A stretch of 64,000 nt of DNA from Dictyostelium discoideum (Eukaryota). The stretch covers positions 2,464,001-2,528,000 of the forward strand of contig CM000155.2 in assembly GCA_000004695.1 (NCBI GenBank). The letters are read 5' to 3'. Within the stretch, counting starts at the first letter, position 1. Every line of letters begins with the position of its first letter. This document shows, piece after piece, positions 21,971-36,474 of this stretch. Position numbers and translations under genes: made by a program. Below the pieces are notes generated by a model. The model was given only the letters and a program-made list of their open reading frames with translations, did no database searches and was not told where the DNA came from.

Positions 21971-24900
21971 ATGAATAAAAATTTTCAACTAATTTTATTT
22001 ATCATTTTGATTAACTTAAAGTTTTTCATTGGTAATGTTAATTTTTTAAAAAATTGATTAAAAAAATTGAAAATATATTAATTTAAATTATTATTTTTAG
22101 ATGGATTAAAGGTTTTAAATTCAACATTAACATTAAAAGATGGGACAAATGTTTTCGGGGCTGTATTATATTTTGCAGTTATAGAGTTGGAACTTGATTC
22201 TTATATTTATAAATATGATGCATTGGCATGCCCAAATTATCAATGTTCAACAGTTAATACAACCAAAGATTGTTCATGTGATTATACAAATTTTAGTGAT
22301 TGCCCAAAGACAGCGAATCGAGATCCAAGCTGTTCAACATGCCCAATTCCAACCGTTGAGTATTGTCCATCAATTAATAATTGGGTTACAGTTGAAAAAG
22401 ATATCGATTACATCTTTGAAACCAATCAAACAATGTACCTACGTTACAAAGGAAATTCATCAATATGTGAAGGTATAATGGCAAGATCATATCCAATTAA
22501 AGGTTTTCATAATTTAAAAGGTGGATCATCACCATTAGAATATTTACAAAGAAGTCTATCCAATTATAGACCACAAATCTATGGTGTAATGAATTTATGC
22601 CCAAGTGATATTGATAGTTCAGGTATGAAATCATGGACCCAAGATACATTTTTTTTTACAATTAAACCATTTGGAAATACTGATGGAAGAAATGTAAGCC
22701 TTTCTTTTAGAATAACTTCAAAAGAGGTTTCAAGTGAACCAATTATTACCGATTCATGTACTTCTCCATTTCCAGCAACTCACAGATGTATTTATGATGG
22801 CGAATTTATAAATGAAAAAAGTGAAGCAAGTAGTTATCACTTTTTTGTTTTCAATGCAACAAAATCTGCAATCTATACTATAAGAGCACCACAATTTGAA
22901 CAACCTGTTAGAATTTATGCAAGTATTAATACTCAATACCCAAAGTTAAATGGTTATGGTAATGAAAGGGCAGAATATTCATCAATTGACGAATTTGAAA
23001 ATTCAATTACTATCTATTTAAACAAATCAACTATTTTATATATTTCAATTGAAATTACATATAAAACAAACTATAGTTTAAGTATTACATCTCAAGGATA
23101 TTACTTACCTGTTAATGTATCATCATTACCTCCCAAAGCTGGTGCATATGCTTTGGTAAAATCTTCACAAATAGATTTTGGAAAAGGAGTTACTTATGAT
23201 TGTGATTCTTGGGATACTTGTCAAAGGTTCTCAGTTAATTATCCATTCACTGATAGTAATCCATTGAATCCAATACCATCAGGACTCTATTCAATTCCAA
23301 ACTTTTATTTACCACCCTATCCATTGTTAGACTATGATGAAGAATTATTTTTAGCAAATCCTGTAAAACCAAAATCATTTACAATGTCAGTCCTAGTTGC
23401 CTATAAGTTAGGCAGCAATGCAGTTACAAATTTGGATTATTTAAGTGAAATATCTGCATCACTTGTTAGATTTAAATCAAATATCTTTGATCAAGATGGA
23501 AATGCAATAAATAATGTGGCATCTTTAACTCATTATGATTTACCATGCGATTATGAAGAGTTTTCAATAATTAATAATGCAATTTTAAAAGGAGATAAAC
23601 TATTATACGATGTCACCGATATTAATACTATCAATAGATATAGCTATATGTTAGACTCTTTAACAATTCGTAATAGTTGGATTGGATGTAATGCAAAAGC
23701 AAATTCATTATTTGAACTTAATTTTAAAATAACAAATTACACTATGATTATATGTGACAAAAATGCTTCAACACCAGAGTTTAATGAAGATCCTTGTTGT
23801 AATCCAAATCAAAAATACTTTCAATGTTGTAACCCAAAACCAAAAGAAGTAAATACTGTGGAATTAAGTGGTCTATCATATGAAACAATACAAAGTAAAT
23901 GTTCTTTTCCATCATGTACTGAATCAGTTTTATCACAATTTAATTCAACCTATGTAACTTTAGATTTTTGTGCACTTGATAATGGTATTTATGATCAACT
24001 AAGAACTAATTTAATACAAGTAGTAAGATCATGTAAAGAAAATTCTAGTCCAATTTGTATAAAAGATAGTGATTGTATTGACTACGCTGGTCCTGATGCA
24101 GTTTGTGATTTAATGGGTCATACTTGTATACCAAATTATAAATTTACAGATTATAAATATTTGAAATGTGTATTTAGTCAATTGGATCAAGTTACCACCT
24201 ACAATCTATTACACAAACCATTTTCATTTAATAGTAAAATCATTGATGAAATTTATGAAAAATATCAAAAACAAGATTGTATTACAGAGGGTACATTTTT
24301 ATCACAAAGACTACAATATCGTTGGGATTCAATTGATGCAAGACTTCAAGATCCAAATAAGTTTTATCCATCAAGTTATGGTTTAGATGATAGTCATCCA
24401 ATAATTCATGATACAATGTATGATAAATTATTTGATAATTTCAAAAGAACCTATTCTTGGTCCTATTTTGATTATTGCACAAATTTTTCAATTTGTCCAT
24501 GGGTATACCAAAATGATTATTACTATGGTTTTTCAAATGATCCAAACTCAAAACCAATAATGGATTATTGTAATCAAATTAGTGGTTTTTGTGGTGATTG
24601 TGCAAATGGTTTAAAAAGTTTTTGTAATACTTTTGGCTATAGTGATCAAAATATTTGTGAACAAACAGATTATTGTGTATTAGGTGGAAATTATTTAATG
24701 TCCCAATTGAATATGACACAACAACAATGTGAATCATATGGTATGTGTTCAGTTAATTGTGGTTATCAATGTTCATTTTCAAATCCAACAACCTATCAAT
24801 CAAATTGTTTTGTTTTAAATGTAAATCAAACTCAATGTACCTCAATGACATATACTTGGGATTCCAATTTATCCGCATGTATTGATACAATGGCAACTTC

Positions 24901-27208
24901 AAAATCTCAATGTACAAATCATCATTGGTTAAATTGTACAGAAAAACCAATCGATGAATGTACTGGACCATTTGGAACATTATTTAATTATTGTTCATTA
25001 CAACCAATTGTTTGTTCAACTAAAGAAGAATGTGAAAATGCAGGAGTTTGTTCAGATTCTTATTTCTTTAATCCAACCAATACTCAAGCCTATCCATTTA
25101 ATTTAGGAAAATGTGTACATGGCCATGAAACCTATAGACAATATCCTTCATGTGAATATAATATTGACGGATATATTGAAAATGATAGTCCAATGGGTTG
25201 TTTCTCTTATACTCCTCAAGTATTAACAAAATCAGATTGTGAATCATTGGGTTCAAATTATACATGGTGGCCACCTGCAACAAATAAAAAAGATTGTTTA
25301 AAGAATATGGGATGTAAAGTTTATGCAACAACTACTAAAACTGATATGTTACCATACAATATCATTTTTAATCAAATGAATCAAGATGAATGTTTAGGTT
25401 GTTATGGTTCTCAAAATGAATATACAAATAAATTTGAATGGACACCAGCAACTTGGTTACCAGCTGCATTAGTTAAAGGAAAATGGTATACACCAGATCC
25501 AATCACCAATCAATTTTGGACACCAATTAATAATTTAACAACAACACTTGATTATGGAAAACTTTATGATGATTTAGTTTTGGCAGTAGATTCTCATATG
25601 ACAGATCAAATTCGTTCATCATACTTTTGTAGAACTCAACGTTTTAGAGATAATTTAGATTCAATTGCATGTAGTTGTGCTGATACTGGTGGTTATCGTA
25701 ATTCAACATGTTTCAAGGATTCAGCATTGCTATTTGGTCAAGTGAAACCATGTTCATCAAAGTCTGAAACATTTAATTTCCCAAATGGTTATATTGAGAT
25801 TTCAAATTCATCAGTAGAGGTTGGTTGTGGTGATATGTTGATCTTTCAACTATCTAGAGAAATTTTCATTTCAACAGAAGGTCAATCATTCCCATCCAAT
25901 TTTGTATCATATCCAAAACCTGATAATTTTGGTTTATTTAATAATAATAGTGCAATTGTTGGTACAATCATTGGTGATGGGTTAACAATTGAATCGAAAT
26001 CAATCAATCGGATTTTATTATGTTTCCTTTATTCAGGTAATCCAGATGAAAAGAAATATCCAATTTTAGATTTTGGATGTCAAGATCAAGATACAGGTAT
26101 ACTTCATCCAATGGGATTAAATGTATTTATAGAAACTCAACAAAACCTTGATTTCCTTTGCTCAAATATAACTCATTTAGATTCAAAACAAAATTATTTC
26201 CCAATTAATCGTATTGGTAATGAAGATTGGAGAAATGTTGAAAAGAAATATTTTGATCAAAAAACACTTGGACTACTTTATACATTGGCAGCAATTTATT
26301 TGGTGGTTTTAGTATATGGATTCTATCAATTGATAATAGTTGCAATTATTAGATTTAAAAAAATAATTCATAGATTTGAATTGGTTCATTTGTTATTGTT
26401 TATGATTTTTGTATTCCTTTTGGTTAGAACCATTTATTTCTTTTTATTACCAAGTGGAAAACTTTCAAATAGTGCAGTTGCAGATTATATTTTAGTGGTT
26501 TTACCAACATTCTTTTATTTCAGTTGTTTCACAATCATTATTGTTCTTTGGTATGTTATTGTAGTATTGGTATTAAAGAATAATTCAGCATCAAATTTTT
26601 CCAATAGATTATTCTCAATGGTTGGTTTGGTTAATTTTATAATCTATTTATTATTGGTTGCCATTGTTTTAGTATTCCAATATACCAAAGATTCACCACA
26701 TGAATTTTGTGGTTCCAGAATTATTTTCCATGTATCTACAAATAAAAGTCAAAAAACAGTCTCCATACTTTATGCGGTTATTCAAGCTGTAATTTCTTTA
26801 GTGCTCGGTGTTGCATTCATTTATTTAGGCGGTAGTCTTTATAGAGCAATGAGAGCCGCAAGTCAAGGTGCTAAAAAAGGAGGTTTAGATATAAAGAAAG
26901 CTCACTCTAGAGAATTAAAAATATTTTTATTAACTACAATTTGTAGTACTGGTTTCTTACTTCATTGTTTATTCATTATCATTTTAGTTGCATTAAATGA
27001 ACCTTCAATAGTTTTCAGTTTTATTGGTTTAATAATTACTGAAATAATACCTTCAATAACAATTCTATATTGTTATGATCAAAGAACTAGTTTATCATTA
27101 GATATCACTTTATCTTCAAAATCTTCAAAATCTTTTTCATCAACTGATACAAAATTACAAACTGTTTCTGAAACAATTACTTTTAGTCAAAATTTATCTT
27201 CAGAATAG
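21971..27208 (+). CDS. Seven-transmembrane receptor-like protein with an extracellular region of about 1360 aa that is rich in Cys and N-glycosylation sites. Proposed model is join(21971..22031, 22101..27208).
   Basis: Exon 1 encodes the signal peptide MNKNFQLILFIILINLKFFI and ends in a phase-1 donor G|GTAATG. The acceptor is TTTTTAG|AT at 22100/22101. The main ORF is open from 22082, and the track start at 22187 is a TTG. The C-terminal 400 aa contain seven hydrophobic helices (LLYTLAAIYLVVLVYGFYQLIIVAII ... IVFSFIGLIITEIIPSITILYCY) followed by a Ser-rich tail. The ectodomain carries many CxxC and CxC clusters and NxS/T sites. I see no GPS, PBP or Frizzled-CRD motif, so the family is unassigned. 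Confidence 0.6.
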
Positions 27209-27222
27209 TTAATTAATTAATT

Positions 27223-27254
<32 letters not shown>

Positions 27255-27650
27255 TCTATTAATAGTAATAATAATTATAATTATAATTGTAATAATAAAA
27301 AAAAATATCTTGTATTTTTAATAAATTTATTATTTTTTTCTTTTTTTATAATTAATCAATTATCTGTATCTGTCTTATGTTTTTTTTTTTTTTTTCAAAT
27401 TTCAGGTTTATTTTTTATTTTTTATTTTTTATTTTTTATTTTTTATTTTTTTTTTTAAATTTTTTTATTTTTTAATTATTTATTCTGCAGACATCTGTTT
27501 TTTTTTATTTTTATGATCACAAAAAAAAAAAACCAAAAAAAATAAAGGTTACCACTCTTTTTTATTTTTTTTTTTTCAATTTTTTATGATTTTTTTTTAC
27601 TTTCATTTCCATCAAAAAATTAAAAAAAAAATAACGATACTTATTCCAAA

Positions 27651-27843
27651 ATGAGTGAAACGGATATCATTGAAACTATTAATCAATTAGTATCAAAAGA
27701 ATTTTTAGATATTAATGATATAAATGAATTAATAGATCAAATTAAACAATTAAATTTTGATACTGCTTTAAATCAAATATCAAATAATAATTATCATTTA
27801 ATTAAATTATTATGTAATGAAGCTAAAAAAGTAAAATAATAAT

Positions 27844-27907
<64 letters not shown>

Positions 27908-28318
27908 TAATAATAATAATAATAGTAATTCTATTTTTAAATATTTACAATAAAACTAATTTAAAAAAATAATAATAAATAAATAATAAATAAAAAATAA
28001 TAAAAGAGTATTGATTCAAATTTAGTTACAGAAATTATTAAATTTATAAATGTTATCGCAAATGAAGATAAAAATATAGTTTCAATTTTAATTGAAATGG
28101 AATCGTTTAATTGGATAATACCAAACTGTTTTATAGTTGAAGAGACACTTTCTATTAATTACCTTACAACTTTAAATTTAATATTTTCAAACTTTGATAA
28201 TTTACCAAAAAAAGAACTTTTAAAATTAGATGATTCATTCTTGGATTCATTAATTGAATTAGCATTACAATTTAAAGATTATTATGAAACAAATTTTATT
28301 CATTCATTATATTATACA

Positions 28319-28377
<59 letters not shown>

Positions 28378-29008
28378 CAAAAAAATAATAAATAATAAAT
28401 GAAAATAATAATAAATAATTTTTATTAATTTTTCAATTTAAAAATTTTAAAAGTTTGGATATCAAAAGAATATAATTAGTGATGGATATTCACCATTGAT
28501 ATTAAAATTATATTCAATTAAAGAAGCACCAGAGATTGGACCAGAAATGATATCATTATTAAATAGAAGTAATTTAGAGTATAATATGTTACCACAATGT
28601 TTATCATTAATAAATGATTTATTCACATATAGTACAGAACATGAAATACCATGTTTCTTTTTCACATTAGATATTAAAGTTTTAATTGATATAATAATTA
28701 GGGAAATTAATAATTTAGACGAATTAGATCCATCAAGATGGCAATTTTTAGAGGTATTAAGTACAATCATTGATCATAGTGAATATTCTTCTCCAAATTT
28801 TAATAATGATAGTAAAGATAATAATAATAATCAAAACAATAATTATAATGATGAAGAAATAATATCATTTTATAAAATTGATGATATTAAAAATGTTTTA
28901 TCTATATTAAATGAAGATAGAAATTCTGAAAAAGATCCACAATCATCAATCTTATCAAAATCAATTTTAAAAAAATTAAATAAATTACAACAACAAAAAA
29001 AAAGATAA
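27651..29008 (+). CDS. Hypothetical protein of about 350 aa in three exons: join(27651..27830, 28007..28321, 28454..29008).
   Basis: Exon 1 reads MSETDIIETINQLVSKEFLD...NEAKK and ends at AAAAAA|GTAAAA (phase 0). Exon 2 (SIDSNLVTEIIKFINVIANEDKNIVSILIEMESFNWIIPNCFIVEE...YYTM) follows the acceptor AAAAG| at 28006 and ends at ATG|GTAAGA (28321/28322). Exon 3 starts at 28454 (or the alternative AG at 28469) and reads FGYQKNIISDGYSPLILKLYSIKEAPEIG...NKLQQQKKR*. I recognise no domain. Confidence 0.45.
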
Positions 29009-29171
29009 TTAAATAATAAAATTATGACTAAAAAAAAAAGATGGAAAATTTGTTTTTTTTTTTTTATTTTTTTTTTTATTTATTTATTTTTAATAGATAT
29101 AATGATACATTTAAAAAAAGAGATGAGTCAAATTATTTAATTTTTTTTTTTTTTTTTTTGATTATTATTAT

Positions 29172-29217
<46 letters not shown>

Positions 29218-29283
29218 TAATATTATTTTTAAATAGAAAATAATTCTATTTTAATTATTATTATTGTTTATAATTTTATAATT

Positions 29284-31171
29284 TTATAATTTAACAATTG
29301 GACTTAAACTATTTGAACTATTACTATTATTGTTACTACTTGAACCAGTAATATTATTTGAATCTCTATTTGAATTATTTAATTCTCTGGCACTACCTAA
29401 ATTGATTGAACTTGAAGAACCAGTAGTACCAATTAAACTTGGTTGATAAACACCAGCCAAAGGACTATTGACTTGAGATTGTAAAGATTCGGACAATAGA
29501 TTCAAATCGTATTCAGAGTATTTTGGTAATTTGTTTACAAAGGTAGCAACTTGATGAACGATTTGAAGATTGTAAGGGAATTGATAATGACCAATCTTTG
29601 AGAGGATTTCATAGAGATTTTGTCTCTTTGTGAAATTGATTAAATTGTTCATATTTGAAGGTTGATCTCTTTCGATTTGAGCAAAGTCCTCACGAATAAT
29701 ATCGATCCAAGGAACGCAAGCTGGTTGAGATCTAGCCAAAGCTTCACGATACAATTTGTAATTATCAATTTTTGAGAATAACATCTCATGATCGGCAATG
29801 ATTTCACGATGACGTGGTGTGAATAAATCTGGACGCGATAAAAGTAATGGATGTTGAAGACCTTGAAGTACTGAATGTAAAGTTTGGAAATTATTCAATT
29901 GTCTAAGACATTCGGTTGTCTTTATGAATTTATCCAACATTTTCATTTTGTTCTTTTTATCACGACTTTCATTTAGTACGGTATGGACGATCCAACGTGA
30001 AACATCGGTGGCACGATTAACAAATGTCATAAGATTTGGAGAGGTGGCCATATTATATTGAAACTCACCATAGCCAATTACACGTACCATAAACTCTGGT
30101 GGTGGAATGGCACCAAACAATTTCGATTCTACAAGTGTCATTTGTCTTGCAATTTCCAACTCATCGATATGAGCCAAAGTAAGTTGAGGTGAGAAAATAT
30201 TCTTTGGTACTTTTGGTTCGGGTGGTGGTTCACTGTAGGGTCTAACATCCTCATGTTGAAGTTTCTTTTTAAGTTCTCTCAATTTCTTAATGTTTGAATT
30301 ACCATCACGAGTCAATGAACCATCGATGAAATTATTGAGTGTGGCAACCAAAACCGAAGAGGTCGGACCTGCATTGAAATCCCATGGACATTTATCTACC
30401 CAATATTTCAATACATCAACAACACGTTGACGAACTGGTTCAACCACTTCACTCTTATATTTTGGTTCGTTTGCATTTGAATTTGGTACTTGATAACGTT
30501 GAATCAATTTCTTTAACAATTTCTCAGATGTTGTGAATGATGAATGAGTGTAGAGGAAAACCTTGAGGAAATTTGGATCGAATGCTTTCTCCTTTGGTGC
30601 GAGATAATGAATCAATTTATTGAATGTTGCCGCTTTGATTTGAACTTTATTATTATCGGTTTCAACTTTTCTAATATTTCTATTGTTATCTTCACCCTCC
30701 TCCCAAACGTTGATATCCTCTTCCTCGTCGAAATGACGATAGTCGTGATAGAGATGATCTACCACTGCCACCTCTGGATCATTACCTTCCTCTTTGGAGA
30801 ATAGTGATAAATCTGTATCGAAAACATTCTTATTTCTTAAACGTGGTTTAACTAAACGTAACAATGAAACCAAACGACTCTCTCCAGATTCAGTTGGTTG
30901 ATGTAATACACCAGACTCTTTTTGAATGGCTGCAATCACTTTATGATATGTATTTCTCTCCAAATATTCCATAATTAATTGAAGTACAAATTGATGTGAC
31001 AATGCTAATCTATTCTCTGAAAATGATGGTGTTGCCAAAGTTTTTGCAAATGATTTACTACCTGTAAATGCTAATGTCTTTTCTCTTAATTCTAAAATTT
31101 CTGGATGTTTTTTCATTAATGATGCTTCCCATAATTCTTTTGGTATATTTTGAACTCTATTTGATTCATAA

Positions 31172-31217
<46 letters not shown>

Positions 31218-31531
31218 ATTAATAAATAATTTAAATATAATTTCCTATTTAATATATATATTTATATTTATATTAACTTACCATCTTGATAATCTTCTTC
31301 AAATTCATCTTTACCAAATGAGAAATAATCAAATGAATTATCTGTACAACCACCCCAAAATAATATAGAATTTCCTTTAACAACTGATGAATGTGAAATA
31401 CGATTTTGGACAATTGTTGATGATGATATTTTAAAACATTTCTTTTGATCTAAAATTTAAGAAATAAAAATACATAAAAAAAAATAAAAAAAAGGTTAAT
31501 TATTATTTATGTTTTATTATATTTATTTATA

Positions 31532-31616
<85 letters not shown>

Positions 31617-32167
31617 TATTATAAATATTTAATAACTTACATAAATCATATTCATAAATTTCTAAATTTTGAGAAGTTTGTGATTTTGAACTACCACCAG
31701 AAATGAAAATACTATCTTGAAAGAGTACAGCGGAATGATCGGAACGTGGTGTCATTGAGGAACCTTCGAATTGAATTGATTTCCAAGAATTACTTGCCCA
31801 AGTATAACAATGAACTATATCCTCAACTTGATTCGATTGTTGATCTTGACCACCAAATACATACATATTACCTTTGTGCATTGTTGCTGTATGATGTGTT
31901 CTTGGTGATGGTGGACATGTTGACAAGACTTGACTCCATTGTTTAGTATCTAAATTTAATGAAAAAATATCATTGTTTACTGTTTGTTGTTTGGTTGTTT
32001 GGTCACATGAAATACCACCAAATACAATCATATGTCCACTCTCTACAACTGCTGTATGACCATATCTTGGTGATGGTTTAGTACCTTCTGTTTGAACTTC
32101 TGACCATGTTTGTGTATCTTTTTTTTTAAAAATAAATGAAAAATTAATATATAATAAACATAAAATT

Positions 32168-32210
<43 letters not shown>

Positions 32211-32417
32211 TTTTTAATACATACCGAAAGAAAATACATAAATATCATTCTTTGGACCAGATGGACTATAACCACCAAATATATACATTGAATTATTATA
32301 TAATACACCAGTATGTCTAGTTCTAATTGATGGTGCACTACCAAATGTGAGTATAGTCCATGCTTTAATAGCTATTATTAAAAATAAAAAAGAAAAAGTA
32401 TATTAATAAATATTAAC

Positions 32418-32463
<46 letters not shown>

Positions 32464-32846
32464 CGAGAGAGTGCCATAAAAAATACATACCAAATTGAAA
32501 AGTATAAAAATCATTTGTATAAGAACCATCAGGTAATGTACCACCAAATAAATAGAAACCATCATCTCCAACACAATATGTATGATTATTATGTGGTAAG
32601 ATATCAGCACTATTATTTCTTAAACCATTACCATTATATATATTACCATTCTTTGTATTCGGATCCACTGTAACTGTACCACCACTTGCAATTGAATCCT
32701 CTGAATACAATAATGATTCTGCTGTTGGTGATGATGATGATGATATTAATGATGATGATGGTGGTGGTGATGAATTCTCTGTATTTGGTAATGAACTACC
32801 ACTAAATTGTGCTAATGTTGTACTAGTTCTAATTGGTCCACCATCT

Positions 32847-32878
<32 letters not shown>

Positions 32879-33275
32879 TTAGTAATTAATTCTCTCTATT
32901 TCTCTCTCTTTCTTTTAAAAACATACTTTTAATATTACTTGATGATTGTGAAAGTGGTGAAGATTTATTGATTGTATTACCACCACTATTGTTTAGGAAT
33001 GATACTGATGATTTATTAGAAATGCTATTGTTTAGTAAGGAGGTTTGATGAGGTATATTTGTATTATTATTATTATTTTCTGGTGTTAATAATGGTGACA
33101 TCCCTGGTGATGGAATTGGTGATGTAGTTGCTGGTGATACAGATGGTGAATTATTGGTTGAGTTTACATTTGGTGATGCTGGTGTACTTGTTGATGGTGA
33201 TGGTTGATTTGATTTTGGTGGTGGAGGTGGTACCTTGTTTAATAAGGATGTTTTAAATTTTAACTTATCTGTCAT
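29284..33275 (-). CDS. Kelch-repeat RasGEF (LisH motif, RasGEF N-terminal domain and Cdc25-homology domain), about 1127 aa. Model: complement join(33275..32927, 32844..32491, 32371..32225, 32117..31641, 31449..31282, 31172..29284).
   Basis: Exons 2-5 encode kelch blades (GDDGFYLFGGTLPDGSYTNDFYTF, VLYNNSMYIFGGYSPSGPKNDIYVF, GHTAVVESGHMIVFGG, HTATMHKGNMYVFGG, HSAVLFQDSIFISGG, NSILFWGG). Exon 6 encodes QFVLQLIMEYLERNTYHKVIAAI (LisH-like), KVQIKAATFNKLIHYL (RasGEF-N) and IDELEIARQMTLVESKLFGAIPPPEF plus downstream Cdc25-homology motifs. All five introns open with GTATGT or GTAAGT, end in AG and are phase 1. Frames were checked against the track ORFs at 32886, 32378, 31612 and 29284. Confidence 0.75.
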
Positions 33276-33292
33276 TTTGAATTTATTATTAC

Positions 33293-33365
<73 letters not shown>

Positions 33366-33598
33366 TTAAATATCGTTTTGAATTTTTTTTTTTGTATAAT
33401 AATTTTTTTTTTTTTTTTTTTTGCCTGTCTCTTATTTTTTTTTTTTTTTTTTTTTATTACACTTTTTTTATTATTATTATTATTATTAATATTATTTTTT
33501 TTTTTAAAAAAAAAAAAAATTCTATAGTTTATTATTTATTATTATTACAAATATATTGGTATGTTTTGAACCAATTGATGTTGGTAAGTGTTTTTTTT

Positions 33599-33640
<42 letters not shown>

Positions 33641-33884
33641 GATTTTTAAAAAGATATTTATTTTATTTTAATTTTTAATTTTTTTTATTTTATTTTTTTT
33701 TTTTTTTTTTTTGCACGCGCATGTAAAAAAAAAAAAAAAAAAAGTTGAAAAAAAAAAAAAAATATGTGTTGGAAAAAAAAAAAATAAAATAAAATAAAAA
33801 AAAAAAAAAAATCGAAAAAAAAAGAAATTGTTTTGTTGTGTTTTTATTTTTGTTTTTTATTGTTAAATTTTTTTTTTTTTTTTT

Positions 33885-34904
33885 CTAAAGTCTTATTGTG
33901 GCCATCGAGATGGTTTGTTTTAAAAATGAAATATCATTCCATAATTCTTTGAAATTTAAATTATTATTATCATTATTATTAAATCTTTCTTTTATTCTTT
34001 TTTCATAATTTATTAATTGTAATGGTTCATTTTCTTTTTGATTATTATTATTACTATTATTTTCCAGAAAATTTAAATTTAATGGAAAAGTGAAAGCACA
34101 TACTCTTTGAATTGATTGAATTTTTAATATATCATTATTAAAAGGTTTATTTAATTGAACTTCAACTTTTATTAAATCAATTCCACATAAATTATTATTT
34201 TCTAAATCTTGTTGGTTAACATTTTCATAATTAATTAAACCACAATTTTTGAAATTACCACTATTACAATAAATTATTGGATATTCACATAACCAACCTG
34301 ACAAAATTGGAAAATAAATATTTTTTAAATTTAATTCATTTGAAAATTCATTTAAATTAAAATTAAAATTTAAATTATCATTATTATTATTTAATTTTAA
34401 AATTGAAATTAAATTTAATAATAAATTTTTATGTAATGATAAATTATCATTACAAATTATTGGTGAGGAATTATGTAAACTGACATCAATGAATAAATAA
34501 TTTGAAAATGAATTATTTATATCAATTTCTGATCTATCAATTAATGATTTATTATTAATTAAAAAGAATAAAAAATCATCTAAATAAATTAATTTTATAT
34601 TTGATAATTGGGGTAGGATTTTAATTAATATGGGATTGGATTTTATGTGATTTAAAAATTCACATAATTCTTTCCATTCTGGAACATTGTAATCTATTAA
34701 TACTGCACTTCTAATTTCATTACAAAGTAATAAAATATCATTAAAAAATTGGATCCAACTAGACTGATTTGTAAAACAATTCCATTCATTTTTAAATTTT
34801 TTATCACCGTTGAATATAATATCACATTTTCTAAATTCTTTTGGTGATAATAATTTTTTTATTATTTCTAAATTATTATTATTATCATTATTTATTGTTG
34901 CCAT
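33885..34904 (-). CDS. Hypothetical Asn-rich protein of 339 aa.
   Basis: Single ORF with an ATG at 34904 (MATINNDNNNNLEIIKKLLSPKEF...). There are no stops and codon usage is typical AT-rich. I recognise no domain. Confidence 0.5.
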   Translation of the reverse strand: MATINNDNNNNLEIIKKLLSPKEFRKCDIIFNGDKKFKNEWNCFTNQSSWIQFFNDILLLCNEIRSAVLIDYNVPEWKELCEFLNHIKSNPILIKILPQLSNIKLIYLDDFLFFLINNKSLIDRSEIDINNSFSNYLFIDVSLHNSSPIICNDNLSLHKNLLLNLISILKLNNNNDNLNFNFNLNEFSNELNLKNIYFPILSGWLCEYPIIYCNSGNFKNCGLINYENVNQQDLENNNLCGIDLIKVEVQLNKPFNNDILKIQSIQRVCAFTFPLNLNFLENNSNNNNQKENEPLQLINYEKRIKERFNNNDNNNLNFKELWNDISFLKQTISMATIRL

Positions 34905-35403
34905 TGTTTTTTGTCAAAAAAAAAAAAAAAAAAAAAAAAAAATAAAAAATAAAAAATAAAGAAAAAAAAAAAAAAACGAACGAAATAAATTTTTTTTTTT
35001 TTTTTTATTATTCTCTTTATTTCTAAAACCAGCCCATTTTTATTTCTTTTTTTTTTTTTTCTAATTTAAGTAAGAAATTAATTATTTAATATATTTTATA
35101 TAAAATAATAGATTTGAAAAAAAAAAAAAATAATAATATTAAAAAAAATAGAATGATTATATTCAATTTTTTTATGTTCTATATCATTTTGTGTATTTTT
35201 GAGTACTCTATTTGTCTATATTAAATCCATATATTAAAAAATAATACAATCAGATAATCGCTTTGCAAAAAAAAAAAAAGAATAATAAAAAAAAAAAAAA
35301 TGAAAATATTTTTTTTTTTCAATTTTAATTTGGTGAAGTCTCAATTTTTTCTTATTTTTTTTTTTTAATCAAATTTTAAATTAAAATTTTTTTTTTTTTT
35401 GAA

Positions 35404-35435
<32 letters not shown>

Positions 35436-35531
35436 TTTTATTTTTGATTTTTTATTATTTTTTTTCAATTTTAATTTATATTTAGAATCTTTGAAATACA
35501 AATAAAAAAAAAAAAAAAAAAAAAAAAAACT

Positions 35532-36440
35532 ATGACAGATACAACAACTACAACCACTACAGATGCAAATAAATTAGTATTAGAAAAGAGTGCAAATAGC
35601 TCAGGTTTAGAAGTTGATCTTCATCCATTGGTTTTAATTAATATTAGTGATCACTTTACACGTACAAAAGTTCAAAGTAATTATCAAGATAATTGTAGAG
35701 TAATTGGTGTTATTCTTGGTGTACAAAATGGTAGAAATGTTGAAATTTGCAACTCTTTTGAAATGGTTTATGCAACTGTTGATAAACAATTAGTTTTGGA
35801 TATTGAATATTTAAGAAAGAAATATGAACAATGTAAATAATCTAATTAAATAATTATAAATAATAATAATAATAACAACAATAACAATATCATTCATGTT
35901 ATTATGCATTTTTATTATTTTTTTTTATAAAAAAAAAAAAAAGTATAAAAAACACTAACCAAAGAAAAAAAAAAAAAAATTGTGAAAATACAGTCAAAAA
36001 AGTATTTCCATTATATGATTTATTAGGTTGGTACTCAACTGGTAGCCAAGTTTCAAAGGATGATATTTTATTACACAAACAAGTAGGTTTTGACCTATTT
36101 TTTTTTTTAAAAAAAAAAAAAATTTAGAATTAAATAATTAATTTACAATTTTATTATTATTATTTTTATTATTATTATTAAAATTATAATTTTAGATTTC
36201 AGAACATAATGAAAGTCCACTTTATTTAATGTTGGATACAGATTCACCAAAGAGTAAAGATTTACCAGTTATTATTTATGAATCAGAGTTACATATTGTA
36301 AATGATGAACCAACTACAATATTTGTTAAAACTCCATACAAAATCCAAACTGGTGAAGCTGAAAGAATTGGTGTAAATCATATTGCTAAAGTAACTCCTT
36401 CTGGTAGTGAAGGTTCTGGTTGTAAGTTTTAATTTTTTTG

Positions 36441-36474
<34 letters not shown>

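Noticed and set aside
22187-22189. Track start codons at 118, 10343, 22187, 28496 and 54720.
   Set aside because: These positions are TTG, not ATG. I treated the track coordinates only as open-frame boundaries and placed starts and acceptors by context.
28462-28770. Minus-strand ORF 28462..28770.
   Set aside because: It overlaps exon 3 of the plus-strand 27651..29008 gene in antisense. The plus frame is supported by splice-site continuity with upstream exons.
30544-30804. Plus-strand ORF 30544..30804 inside the RasGEF gene.
   Set aside because: It is antisense to a well-conserved Cdc25-homology region and has no start context.
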